From Cupriavidus necator (GTDB taxonomy: Bacteria; Pseudomonadota; Gammaproteobacteria; Burkholderiales; Burkholderiaceae): a stretch of 32,000 nt of DNA. The notes under the pieces are model-generated. The model saw only the letters and a list, made by a program, of their open reading frames with translations. It did not search any database and was not told the DNA's origin. The DNA lies in the NCBI RefSeq assembly GCF_016127575.1, contig NZ_CP066018.1:540001-572000 (forward strand), in the 5' to 3' direction. Both the position numbers and the translations under genes were made by a program. Shown in pieces: positions 15,893 through 25,135 of this stretch. Positions within the stretch are counted from its first letter, which is position 1. Each line of letters starts with the position of its first letter.

Positions 15893-17092
15893 TTACTTGT
15901 CCTTGGACAGCAGCATCAGCGGCGTCCAGCCGGTGCCGCCGAAGCCGGTGGCCAGGCCAAGCCTGACATCGCGCGGGACCTGGTGCTCGCCGGCATCGCC
16001 GCGGATCTGCAGGGCCAGTTCGCCATAACGCAGCAGGGTCGAGGGAACGCCCGGGTTGGTACACGTGACCCCGCCTGATGGATTGATTGGCAGTTCGCCA
16101 TCGATATCGGTGGCGCCGGTGCCCATCAGCTTCCACGCCTGGTTCGGCTCGCACAGGCCCATGGTTTCCATCCACACCAGTTCGGCCCAAGTGCAGGGCT
16201 CGTACATCTCGATCACATCGAGCTGTTTGGCGGGATGCGTGATGCCGTTGCGCTTGTAGAGCACTTCGCACGCCTTGGCCAGGCTCGGCAGCACGCAACG
16301 CTCCCTGGGGGCGATGAAGTCCTGCAGCGCGGCCCAGTGCTGCGCGGAGTGGATGGTGACCATGTCCTTCACCCATACCGGCTTTTTGGTGAGCTTGTGC
16401 GCCACGTCCTCGCTGGCGAAGATCATCGCCGCCGAGCCTTCGGTGATCGGGCACATATGGAGCTGGCGCATCGGCGCCGTCAGCATCGGCGAGTTGAGCA
16501 CGTCTTCCACGGTCAGGTGCTCGCGCAGATGCGCATAGGGGTTTTTAAGCGCGTTGTTGGCGGCCTTGACCCGGGCGATGGCAACCGCTTCCTCGGTGCA
16601 GCCGGACAGCTTGACATAGGAGCTCGCCATCAGGGAAAAGGTCCCCACGGCGCCCACGCTGCACCATTTTTCGGTGAGCGCGTGCAGGCCGGAATTGATC
16701 GCCGCCTGCAGGAACGGCCCGCGCGGCAGCGTGCCGGGCGGCGGGCCGACGAACTTCGCCGTTGCCGACACCAGCGCGACGTCACAGGCGCCGGCTGCGA
16801 TATGGTGTACAGCCGACAGCGCCGCCGACCCGCCCACGGTGCCGCCGGTTTCGATCTTGACCACGGGCTTGCGGCGGTGCCCGACCCAGTCGGCCAGCTC
16901 CATTTCCGACTCCGCCGTGCCCGACACGTAGTCGATGTCGGCCAGCACGATCTCGTCGACCTGCTTCATCGTGATCTGCGCATCTTCCAGTGCCCGCCGC
17001 ACGGCCTGGTTGGCTAGCTCCGCCTTGCTCAGCGGGCTGCGCGCCATCATCTCCGTCTGGCCGAAGCCGACGATTGCCACTCTGCGATTCAT
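15893..17092 (-). CDS. thiolase-fold protein lacking the nucleophilic Cys (SCP2-thiolase-like)
   Basis: MNRRVAIVGFGQTEM... has the thiolase N-terminal pattern. The box aligned to NNNCASGSSAL reads ETGGTVGGSAAL, so Cys is replaced by Thr. The C-terminal NPSGGVTCTNPGVPS also lacks the usual GHP. GGAGAA lies upstream of ATG 17092. Confidence 0.9.
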   Translation of the reverse strand: MNRRVAIVGFGQTEMMARSPLSKAELANQAVRRALEDAQITMKQVDEIVLADIDYVSGTAESEMELADWVGHRRKPVVKIETGGTVGGSAALSAVHHIAAGACDVALVSATAKFVGPPPGTLPRGPFLQAAINSGLHALTEKWCSVGAVGTFSLMASSYVKLSGCTEEAVAIARVKAANNALKNPYAHLREHLTVEDVLNSPMLTAPMRQLHMCPITEGSAAMIFASEDVAHKLTKKPVWVKDMVTIHSAQHWAALQDFIAPRERCVLPSLAKACEVLYKRNGITHPAKQLDVIEMYEPCTWAELVWMETMGLCEPNQAWKLMGTGATDIDGELPINPSGGVTCTNPGVPSTLLRYGELALQIRGDAGEHQVPRDVRLGLATGFGGTGWTPLMLLSKDK

Positions 17093-17146
17093 TCCGTTTC
17101 TCCGTTGCCGCGCCGTCTTGCGTCGTCCCGCCTCACCTGGCGGGCC

Positions 17147-18322
17147 TCATGGCGTGGTGCCCAGAACCATGACCTGCTGCAATTGCCCGCAAGGCCCCGA
17201 AGCCAGATGGGCAAGCCCCGTGCGTGCACCGTCCACCTGGCGCGCACCCGCCTCGCCGCGCAGTTGCAACACGATCTCGGCAATACGGGCCATGCCGATG
17301 GTGGTATGGGAACAGCCGGACAGCGCGCCACCGGAAAGATTGACGGGCTGATGGCCACCCCGGCTGCTCATGCCGGATTCCAGCCAGCGGCCGCCCTGGC
17401 CGGCGTCACACAGGCCTAGCCCCTCGTAAGTCATCAGCTCCTGGTAGGAGAACTCATCGGTCACTTCGAGCAGATCGATCTCCTTGCGCGGATCGCTGAT
17501 GCCGGCCATGCGGTAAGCCTTGTTCGCCGCGATCGTCAGCACCTCGGATTCCGCGAGGTCGCGATCCCCCAGGTAGTAGCCGTCGCAGCAATTGGCCTGC
17601 CCCTTGATCCAGACGGGCTTGCTGGTCAGTTGCCGGGCCCGCTGCTCGCTGGCCAGCAGCATCACGATGGCGCTGTCGCCGAACGCACGCGTCTGCAGCG
17701 CCGTGATCGGATCCGACAGGGCTTTCGAGCCGAGCACGTCGGCAACGCTGTAGTCGCCCGCCCGCAGCGCCAGCGGGTTGTCCTTCGCGTGGCGCAGGTT
17801 CTTCACGGACACCCCGGCACATTGCTTGGAGGTGACACCGTACTTCTCCATGTAGCGGTTTGCCTGTAGTGCGGCAGCCTGCACGTTGTCGAGGCCGAGC
17901 GGCCGGCAGAAGAAGGGATCGAAGACCTTGTTCTCGATTGCATTGCCCCCGCTGCGGCTGGTGGAGTCGTGGCATACAGCGACCACGAGCACCGTTTCAA
18001 ACTCGCCGGAGGCGATCTGCCAGGCCGCCTCAAGGACGCCGACGGCGCCGTCCTGGTCGATCTTTTCATCGGGACGCAGGTTCGCGCCGGCAACGTCCAC
18101 CACCAGCGAGGCCGAGAATGGCCGCGCGATGCGCGAGTGTTCGTGGCAGATCAGGCTTGCGTCGATCCCGCCCTTCTCATAGGCCGGCAGGAACCGCAGG
18201 CCGGTTTCCTGCAGCACCGGACGGATTGCCTGGTAGGCCAGTTCCTCGGGCGAACACGCCCGCTTCTCGTTGTAGTTGACTTGTGCCATCGAGACGATGG
18301 CGACACGGTTTGACATGCTCAT
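17147..18322 (-). CDS. thiolase-fold protein lacking the nucleophilic Cys (second copy)
   Basis: MSMSNRVAIVSMAQVNY... The region aligned to the Cys box reads IDQDGAVGVLEAAW, with no Cys. The C-terminal part is NLSGGALSGCSHTTIGMARI. GAGGG lies upstream of ATG 18322. Confidence 0.9.
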   Translation of the reverse strand: MSMSNRVAIVSMAQVNYNEKRACSPEELAYQAIRPVLQETGLRFLPAYEKGGIDASLICHEHSRIARPFSASLVVDVAGANLRPDEKIDQDGAVGVLEAAWQIASGEFETVLVVAVCHDSTSRSGGNAIENKVFDPFFCRPLGLDNVQAAALQANRYMEKYGVTSKQCAGVSVKNLRHAKDNPLALRAGDYSVADVLGSKALSDPITALQTRAFGDSAIVMLLASEQRARQLTSKPVWIKGQANCCDGYYLGDRDLAESEVLTIAANKAYRMAGISDPRKEIDLLEVTDEFSYQELMTYEGLGLCDAGQGGRWLESGMSSRGGHQPVNLSGGALSGCSHTTIGMARIAEIVLQLRGEAGARQVDGARTGLAHLASGPCGQLQQVMVLGTTP

Positions 18323-18344
18323 CTTGTTGCCCTCGAGCTGTTGA

Positions 18345-19916
18345 CTAGTTCACCTTGCGCTGCTGATCGGCCCAGTATTTGTCGCGCACTTGCCGGCGCA
18401 GCACCTTGCCGATCACCGTCATTGGGAGCTGGTCAACGATGGTCACCGTCTTCGGCGCCTTGTACCCGATGCGCTCCTTGCAGAAGGCGACGATCTCGGC
18501 CGGATCGGGCGTATGGCCTTCCTTGAGCACCACCTCGGCGTGCACGGATTCGCCCCACTCGGCATGCGGCACGCCGACTGCCGCCGACATCAGCACGGCG
18601 GGGTGCGCATTGAGCGCGGCTTCGACCTCGATGGCGTAGATGTTGAAGCCGCCGCTGATGATCATGTCCTTCTTGCGATCGACGATGTACACATAGCGGT
18701 CTTCGTCGACGTAGCCGAGGTCACCGGACTTCCAGAAGCCGCCCTGGAATTCGGTTGCAGTCGCTTCCGGATTCTTGTAGTAGCCCTTGATCACGCCTGG
18801 TCCGCGGATCCAGAGTTCGCCGGTCTCGCCGACCGGCAGTTCATGGCCTTGTTCGTCCATCACCACGATCTCGGTTTCTGGCAGCGCGATGCCGGTAGAG
18901 CTCAGATGCCTGTTGCTTTGGCCAGGCGCACACAGGTGCTCCGCCTTGCTCAGCACGGCCACGGGTGCCAGCACTTCGCTGCTGCCATAGGCCTGGATGA
19001 AGATGTTGCCGAACTTCTCCTGCAGCAGCGCGAGCTTGGCCGGACTCATCGGCGCCGCCGCATAGAGGATCGTGCGCAGGCTGGACAGGTCAAATTGCTC
19101 GTGCAGGCCAAATTCCAGGAAGCGGTAAAGGATGGTCGGCACGAGGTGGCTGGACGTGATCCGCTCGTTCTGGATATTGGCGCAGAACTGTCTGAGATCC
19201 GAAGCGTTCATCGTCACATGGCAGCCGCCCTTGAAAGCAAGCGTCGTGGCATAGGCCGCGGACCCGTGGCTCAGCGGCGTAATGCTCAGGTGACGGGCGT
19301 CATTGCCGAACATGTCGTCCGGCATCGAATAGAAGTAGCGGTGCAGGGCCAGCCAGTTGTTCAGCGTGTACATGCAGCACTTGCCGCGGCCGGTGGTGCC
19401 GCCGGTGAAGCGCAGGAGCATCGGTTCGTCTGCGTCCAGCTCGATATGCGGCTCCGCGTCCGACACGCCCTCCAGCAGGTCCCAGAAACAGGACACGCCA
19501 TCGCGGGGCGCCGCGAGCGGATCCATGCACACGATGCGGATGCCGCGCTGGCGCAGCGTGTCGTAGTACTTGTCCAGCAGCGCGGTTTCGAGGAATACCA
19601 CCTTGGGCTCGACCCAGTCGATCTGCCAGAGGTGTTCGTCGAAGGTGTCCCGAAAGTTGCACCATGCCGCCTTCACGTCCGCCTTGGCCAGCGTGCAAAA
19701 GGTCAGCAGGCTCATATTGTCGTTGTCGAGGATAGTCAGGTAGACGTCGCCTGACGCAAGCCTGAGCCGCTCCTTGATCAAGCGGGCGATCCGATTGGTG
19801 AGCCGGTGCAGCTCCATGTGGGTAAAGCGGCGGTCGCGCTCAACATTGACCAGGGCCTCGCGTTGCGCGAAACGCGAGGCGGCATCGAGCGACCACCTCG
19901 AGAAGTCGATCTTCAT
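18345..19916 (-). CDS. acyl-CoA synthetase (AMP-forming ligase, ANL superfamily), second copy
   Basis: RFTGGTTGRGKCC, QAYGSSE, WKSGDLGYVDEDRYVYIVDRKKDMIISGGFNIY. The start was set to ATG 19916 (MKIDFSRW...), preceded by AAGGAGA. The 37 further codons in the track ORF run into the neighbouring gene. Confidence 0.9.
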   Translation of the reverse strand: MKIDFSRWSLDAASRFAQREALVNVERDRRFTHMELHRLTNRIARLIKERLRLASGDVYLTILDNDNMSLLTFCTLAKADVKAAWCNFRDTFDEHLWQIDWVEPKVVFLETALLDKYYDTLRQRGIRIVCMDPLAAPRDGVSCFWDLLEGVSDAEPHIELDADEPMLLRFTGGTTGRGKCCMYTLNNWLALHRYFYSMPDDMFGNDARHLSITPLSHGSAAYATTLAFKGGCHVTMNASDLRQFCANIQNERITSSHLVPTILYRFLEFGLHEQFDLSSLRTILYAAAPMSPAKLALLQEKFGNIFIQAYGSSEVLAPVAVLSKAEHLCAPGQSNRHLSSTGIALPETEIVVMDEQGHELPVGETGELWIRGPGVIKGYYKNPEATATEFQGGFWKSGDLGYVDEDRYVYIVDRKKDMIISGGFNIYAIEVEAALNAHPAVLMSAAVGVPHAEWGESVHAEVVLKEGHTPDPAEIVAFCKERIGYKAPKTVTIVDQLPMTVIGKVLRRQVRDKYWADQQRKVN

Positions 19917-19962
19917 CTTTGTCTCCTTTATGTTTTTGGCTTGCCTGGGGCAGCCGGGACGG

Positions 19963-20748
19963 TCAGATGCCGCGGAATGCAGGCGGGCGCTTCTCGCCGT
20001 AGGCGGCGAGACCCTCGCGGAAGTCATGGGACCGGGTGTGCTGCTGGCACATCAGCAGTTCGTCGCGCAGCGCGGCATCCATCGACAGGTCGACCGAGCG
20101 GTTGGCCACTTCCTTCATGCGGCGCAGTACGAGACTGCTCCTGGCCGCCATCCGCTCTGCCAGCGCCGCCACCGCCGGCAGCAGTTCCTCGTCGGGCAGC
20201 ACCTCGTTGAGCACCCCCCAGGCCTGCATCTGCGCGGCGTCGGCAAGGTCGCCCGTAAACAGCAGTTGCTTGGCCCGGCTGAGGCCGACGCGGCGCGGCA
20301 GGACCGCTGCGCCGCCACCGCCAGGAAACACGCCGAAGTTGGCATGGCCGTCGCCGATCCTGGCGCTCGCCGCGCCGATCAGGATGTCGCAGCACATCGC
20401 CAGTTCCAGCCCGCCTGCGATGGTCAGCCCGTTGACGGCAGCGATGACTGGCTTGGGCATGTTGCGCAGCAGCGAAAGCGTGGCCAGCGTGCGATCGGCG
20501 AAATTCGGCTCGCCCGGGGCGGTGTCGAGGCCGGCAAGCAGCGCCTTGAGATCGGCGCCGGCGCAGAACGCGCGGCCGGATCCGGTCAGCACTAGTACGG
20601 CTTGGCCCGCATCGGCCCGTACTGCAGTGAGTGCATCATGAAGCTCTTCGAGCATGCGCTGGTTCACCGCATTCAGCTCGGCTGGCCGGTTCAACGTGAT
20701 CCACGCGACTGGCCCCCGCTGTTCATGGATAATGGTTTCGTAGTGCAT
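19963..20748 (-). CDS. enoyl-CoA hydratase/isomerase (crotonase fold), first gene of the operon
   Basis: WITLNRPAELNAVN, LVLTGSGRAFCAGADLKAL, IAAVNGLTIAGGLELAMCCDILIG. AAGGAGA lies upstream of ATG 20748. Confidence 0.9.
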   Translation of the reverse strand: MHYETIIHEQRGPVAWITLNRPAELNAVNQRMLEELHDALTAVRADAGQAVLVLTGSGRAFCAGADLKALLAGLDTAPGEPNFADRTLATLSLLRNMPKPVIAAVNGLTIAGGLELAMCCDILIGAASARIGDGHANFGVFPGGGGAAVLPRRVGLSRAKQLLFTGDLADAAQMQAWGVLNEVLPDEELLPAVAALAERMAARSSLVLRRMKEVANRSVDLSMDAALRDELLMCQQHTRSHDFREGLAAYGEKRPPAFRGI

Positions 20749-20877
20749 TGCGCTGTCTCCTTGCGAGGCGGGATGCAGCGTTACAGCGTGCCCTGGCCGC
20801 CCAGCTTGTCCGGATCTGGCTGTCCCTTCGCTTCTGGTTCAATGATGGGTTGCCGGCCGGGTGGGCGCACCACACTT

Positions 20878-20897
20878 ATCGGGTGTAATCGGGTGTG
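20878..20897. promoter_or_regulatory. tandem 10-bp direct repeat (ATCGGGTGTA ATCGGGTGTG) in the divergent promoter region
   Basis: ATCGGGTGT occurs at 20878-20886 and again at 20888-20896, one helical turn apart. It lies inside the 260-nt gap between the operon start (20748) and the LuxR-type regulator start (21009). Confidence 0.35.
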
Positions 20898-21008
20898 ACA
20901 GGGCCAGAGCTGTGCGCCGAAGACCCATCGTGCGGGATGGCCCGAGGGACACAGCCTCCAGGCGGCCGCTTCGACCTTCCGCGGCACTTCCGATAAGATG
21001 CCCTTCGC

Positions 21009-23720
21009 ATGTCAGCAGGAGACCCTGGCTTGGCCCCCGATCGCCTTCTTATCCCCACCAAGTTCGCGCCGCCGCGCATCAGCCCGCAGTCCACGCCGCG
21101 GGCCAAGCTGCTGGCGCGGCTGCTGGATTCGCGCGACAGCCGGCTGACGCTGGTGTGCGGCAGTGCGGGCTTCGGCAAGACGACCTTGCTGGCCCAGTGG
21201 CGCCAGCAGTTGCTCAAGGACGGGGAACTGGTCTGCTGGCTGTCCCTGTCACCGGACGAGCGGCACTTGCCGCAGTTTCGCGCCTATCTGACCGGCGCAC
21301 TGCAGCAGGCAGGACTGCCCGTCGATGACGGAACTGCCCTTGCCTCTGAGGTGCGTGCCGATCTGCCGGTTGCAGGACTGATCGCGACCATCGTTGACGC
21401 GGTGTGCCAGCGACGCCAGGAAGTGTTCCTCTTCATCGACGACTATCATCACGTCGACGACAGCGACACCCATGCGCTGATCCAGGGTCTGGTGGATCAC
21501 GGGCCCGAGACCCTGCACCTGATCCTGGCCTCACGGACCCATCCACCGCTTGCCGTAAGCCGCCAGCGCCTGACCGGGGAGCTGTCGGAGATCACCTTCC
21601 CCGACCTGCCGTTCGATTTCGCGGAAACGCAGGACTTCCTGGCCAAGCACCTCGGCGACGTCGTGCCGGACGATGCGCGCCTGATCCACGACATCACCGA
21701 CGGGTGGCCGGTTTGCCTGCAGATGATCTGCATCCGGCTCAAGCGCAGCCCGGCCAACCGGGACGTGCTGTCTCAGATGCTGCATCGCCGCACGGATCTG
21801 CAGCGCTATCTTTCCGAAGACGTGGTGCGCCATCTGGCGCCAGACGTCACCGACTTCATCGAGAAGCTCTCGGTCTTGCGCCGCTTCAATGCCGATCTGG
21901 CGCAACACGTCACAGCCAATGCAAAGGCCCCCGCGCTGCTCGACCAGATCGAGCGTGAAAACCTCTTCCTGTTGCCGGCCGAGCTCGACAGCCCCCAGCC
22001 GTGGTACCGATTTCATCCGCTTTTCGCAAGCTTCCTCCAGGACCAGCTGCAACAGCGCGATCCTGCGCTGATGCGCGAGATCCATGCGCGGGCCAGCCAG
22101 TGGTTCGAGCAACGCGGCCTCCTGATTGAAGCGCTACGTCACGCCTATCACGCGCACGACACCGAGGCCGCGGTGCACTTGGTCGAGCGGGCTGACCTGC
22201 CAATCCGCAGCATGAGCTTCTTCAGCACGCTGCAACACTGGATGGACGAACTTCCGGCCGATATGCTGCTGGGCCATCCCCGGCTGCTGCTCCTCGGTTG
22301 CTGGGCACTGGTAGCCGCGGGCCGCTGGCGCGACGCGCAGGGCTGGCTTGAGCGGCTGGAGAAGACGCCGCGCACGCTGGCGCCGGGACTTGCCTTGCAC
22401 GCGCTCTATCTGCGGGCCAGCATCGCGCTGCAACGCGACGACACCGAAGCCGCATTGGCCCTCGTGGCGCCGTCGGACTTCGAAAGCCTGACCGATCGCT
22501 TCCTGCGCCAGGCGCACCTGGCTGTGCTCAGTTTTTCCTATTGCGCGGCCGGGCGGTACGAGGACGCCCGCTCGCTCCACGAGCACATCGCGCGGTTGCC
22601 ACGCTCCGAGCTTCAGGATGACATGGCCCTGGTGGCCGAATCGACCCTGCTGCTCAGCCACCTGCTCGAGGGCAACAATCGCGAGGCCATCCGGACCGGC
22701 AGCGCCCTGGTGGCGCGCGCCGAGGCAGCGCACGGCCGGCGTTCGGTGTCGGCCGTCAACAGCGCGGCATTCCTCGCCAACGCGTATTACGAGGCCGACC
22801 TGCTGGCCGAGGCGAACGAAGTGCTGGCCAACCGGCTCGATTTGCTGCGTCTCTCCTCGCCCGAGCCGATGACGCTTGCGATCATCGTCCGCAGCCGCCT
22901 GATGGCGACGCAGGCATCGGCAGCGCAGGGACTGCACGCGCTGAGCGAGGAGGAAGTCCGCTGCCGCGAGCTGGCATTGGATCGGCCTTTGGCCTATGTG
23001 CTGGCCGGACAAGCGCGGTTGGAACTCCAGTTGAACCATCAGGATGCCGCCCGGAAGCTGCAGACCGAACTTGACCGATTGGCCAGCCGCTATCGCTACG
23101 GAACGGGTTTCCTCGCCGAGATCGAGGCGATCGCGGCCCTGACCGGAGCCCGGCTGGCGCTGGCCGGCATGGACTGGAACGAAGCGCTGGCGCGCGCAGA
23201 AACGCTGCGCAACTACGGTGTGGCATACGGGCGGCAAAAATGTGTGGTGCAGGCCGACTTGCTGGCGGGCACCGCCCTTGCTGAAATGGACGAGGCTACC
23301 GAAGCCATGCGTCTTCTGCGGGCTGCTGTCGAAGCAGCCCAGAGACTAGGGCTCGTTCGCACGTTGCTCGATGAAGGCGAGCGCGTGCGGCAGGCCTTGC
23401 AGCAACTGCAGCCCACGCTTGGCCCCGGCTCCGGCGGCGACTATCTGGTCGAGGTCCTGCGCCGCGGTGTCGCGGCGCATACGCCGGTTCAGCAGGCCGG
23501 TGAGCCCGACGCGCAGGCGAACGGCCCCGAGCTCAAGCCGCGCGAGATTGAAATCCTGCGCCTGGCCGCGGAGTCCATGTCGAACAAGCGGATCGCACTG
23601 ACCCTCAACCTCACGTTGGACACAGTGAAGTGGAACATGAAGAACGTGTTCGAGAAGCTGGGGGTTCCGAGCCGCTACGACGCGGTGATCGCCGCGCGCA
23701 GGCGTGGCCTGATCGACTGA
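21009..23720 (+). CDS. large ATP-binding LuxR-family (LAL/MalT-like) transcriptional regulator
   Basis: 903 codons. Walker A is VCGSAGFGKTTLL and Walker B-like is VFLFIDDYHHV. A long helical/TPR-like middle follows. The C-terminal LuxR HTH is EIEILRLAAESMSNKRIALTLNLTLDTVKWNMKNVFEKLGV. Confidence 0.9.
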   Translation: MSAGDPGLAPDRLLIPTKFAPPRISPQSTPRAKLLARLLDSRDSRLTLVCGSAGFGKTTLLAQWRQQLLKDGELVCWLSLSPDERHLPQFRAYLTGALQQAGLPVDDGTALASEVRADLPVAGLIATIVDAVCQRRQEVFLFIDDYHHVDDSDTHALIQGLVDHGPETLHLILASRTHPPLAVSRQRLTGELSEITFPDLPFDFAETQDFLAKHLGDVVPDDARLIHDITDGWPVCLQMICIRLKRSPANRDVLSQMLHRRTDLQRYLSEDVVRHLAPDVTDFIEKLSVLRRFNADLAQHVTANAKAPALLDQIERENLFLLPAELDSPQPWYRFHPLFASFLQDQLQQRDPALMREIHARASQWFEQRGLLIEALRHAYHAHDTEAAVHLVERADLPIRSMSFFSTLQHWMDELPADMLLGHPRLLLLGCWALVAAGRWRDAQGWLERLEKTPRTLAPGLALHALYLRASIALQRDDTEAALALVAPSDFESLTDRFLRQAHLAVLSFSYCAAGRYEDARSLHEHIARLPRSELQDDMALVAESTLLLSHLLEGNNREAIRTGSALVARAEAAHGRRSVSAVNSAAFLANAYYEADLLAEANEVLANRLDLLRLSSPEPMTLAIIVRSRLMATQASAAQGLHALSEEEVRCRELALDRPLAYVLAGQARLELQLNHQDAARKLQTELDRLASRYRYGTGFLAEIEAIAALTGARLALAGMDWNEALARAETLRNYGVAYGRQKCVVQADLLAGTALAEMDEATEAMRLLRAAVEAAQRLGLVRTLLDEGERVRQALQQLQPTLGPGSGGDYLVEVLRRGVAAHTPVQQAGEPDAQANGPELKPREIEILRLAAESMSNKRIALTLNLTLDTVKWNMKNVFEKLGVPSRYDAVIAARRRGLID

Positions 23721-23849
23721 TGGCGCGATCACTCCGCCGCCCGCCGGACACCCGGAAAGTGTGGTGACCGTATGGCGTCGGCGAACCAGAATCTCCTGGC
23801 AAGGCATCCATCACGGCCGCATCGCGGCTGATGCGCCACAGGAGACATC

Positions 23850-25025
23850 ATGCCCCAGGAGCAAACGACATTCCCCTCCGCAGCAATGCTGCCAAGTGAT
23901 GAAGAGCGGCTGATGCTGCAGGAGAGCCTGCGTCGACTGCTCGCCCGGAGGTGGCCCGCCGCGCAGGCCGTGGAGTTTGCCGCAGACCCCCAGGCGCTGA
24001 CGTCGATCTGGCGAGACCTGGCGGAGCAAGGCCTGACCAGCCTGGGCAGCAATCCGCAGGAAGGCGGTATGCGAGAAATTGCCGTGGCGCTGGAAGAATT
24101 GGGGCGCGCCGCCTGCCCAGCGCCGCTGATCGGTGCCGCACTTGCCAATCTCGCCCTGTCACCGCACCTGCCCGGGCGTCCCAGATCCGACGAGTCGGCC
24201 GCGCTACTGAGTGCGCTGCATCGCGGCGACGCCAGCGTGAGCTTCGCCTTCGGCGGCTTTGACGGCGATCGGCAAGCTGGCGGCGTGCGGGTCGCCAACG
24301 GCAAGCTGCAGGGTCGCATTGCCTTTGTCGAGGCCGGAACGCATGCCACCCACCTGCTCGTTCTGGCCGAGCCGGGGCCGGTACTAGCCATCGTACCGCG
24401 CGGCGCGGTCGGCCTGAGCGTGACGGAAACACCTGGGTTGGCGGTGCCACCGCTGGCAGCGGCAAGCTTCGATCACGTGCCCGCGTCAACGTTGCCGCTC
24501 CCGCCCGGGCTGGCCGAGGACCTGCGTCGGATCGGCGCGCTTGCGCTGCTGGCGCGCGCGCTCGGCACCGCCCGGCAAGGCTTCGACATGGCCGTTGCCT
24601 ATGCCAAGGAACGACAGCAGTTCGGTCAGCCGATCGGGCGCTTCCAGGCGATACAGCACAAACTCGCCAACTGCCTGATGGCGCTGGAGGCCGCACGGCT
24701 GATGCTCCACAACGCCGCCAGGACGCATGACCTCGGCTCCGAGAACTGGCGGATCCTTGGCGCAGCCGCACGCGCCTTCGCCGGCCCTGCGCTGCGTCAG
24801 GTATCGCTCGAAACGCATCACACCTTCGGCGCCATCGCATACTCGGAGGAACATGAGGCACCGCGGCATTTCCGCCGCACGCATGCGGATCTTGCGCGTC
24901 ACGGCGGCGTACGCCAGGCGCGTGAGGAGCTCGCCCGGGCCCTGCTCGAGCAGGGCGCGATGCTTCCCGAGCACGATCTCGGCCCGGCCGGAAATGCGTT
25001 CCGTGATGAGTACGGGCCTGGCTGA
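23850..25025 (+). CDS. acyl-CoA dehydrogenase family protein (first of an adjacent pair)
   Basis: AVAYAKERQQFGQPIGRFQAIQHKLANC is an ACAD C-terminal-domain signature. CAGGAGA precedes ATG 23850. The last ~22 codons (MLPEHDLGPAGNAFRDE...) look like the N-terminus of the next ACAD rather than the end of this one (see findings). Confidence 0.8.
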   Translation: MPQEQTTFPSAAMLPSDEERLMLQESLRRLLARRWPAAQAVEFAADPQALTSIWRDLAEQGLTSLGSNPQEGGMREIAVALEELGRAACPAPLIGAALANLALSPHLPGRPRSDESAALLSALHRGDASVSFAFGGFDGDRQAGGVRVANGKLQGRIAFVEAGTHATHLLVLAEPGPVLAIVPRGAVGLSVTETPGLAVPPLAAASFDHVPASTLPLPPGLAEDLRRIGALALLARALGTARQGFDMAVAYAKERQQFGQPIGRFQAIQHKLANCLMALEAARLMLHNAARTHDLGSENWRILGAAARAFAGPALRQVSLETHHTFGAIAYSEEHEAPRHFRRTHADLARHGGVRQAREELARALLEQGAMLPEHDLGPAGNAFRDEYGPG

Positions 25026-25135
25026 AGGAAAACTGGTCCGGCGATTCGCCCAGACACGAACAAGACCATGCCTACGAAGAGTGGGGCTATGACACACAGT
25101 TCACCAGGCTGTTAGGCAGCAAAGGCTGGAACACG

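Noticed and set aside
15141-16454. 437-aa minus-strand ORF in an alternative frame
   Set aside because: It is on the same strand as, but out of frame with, three motif-bearing genes (two DUF35, one thiolase-like) and spans their boundaries. The peptide is Arg/Ala/Gly/Pro-rich.
18390-19754. 454-aa plus-strand ORF
   Set aside because: It is antisense to the second acyl-CoA synthetase, which has all the AMP-binding motifs.
22134-23237. 367-aa minus-strand ORF
   Set aside because: It is antisense to the LuxR/MalT-type regulator ORF.
23848-24861. 337-aa minus-strand ORF
   Set aside because: It is antisense to the first acyl-CoA dehydrogenase. The peptide is extremely Arg/Pro/Ala-rich.
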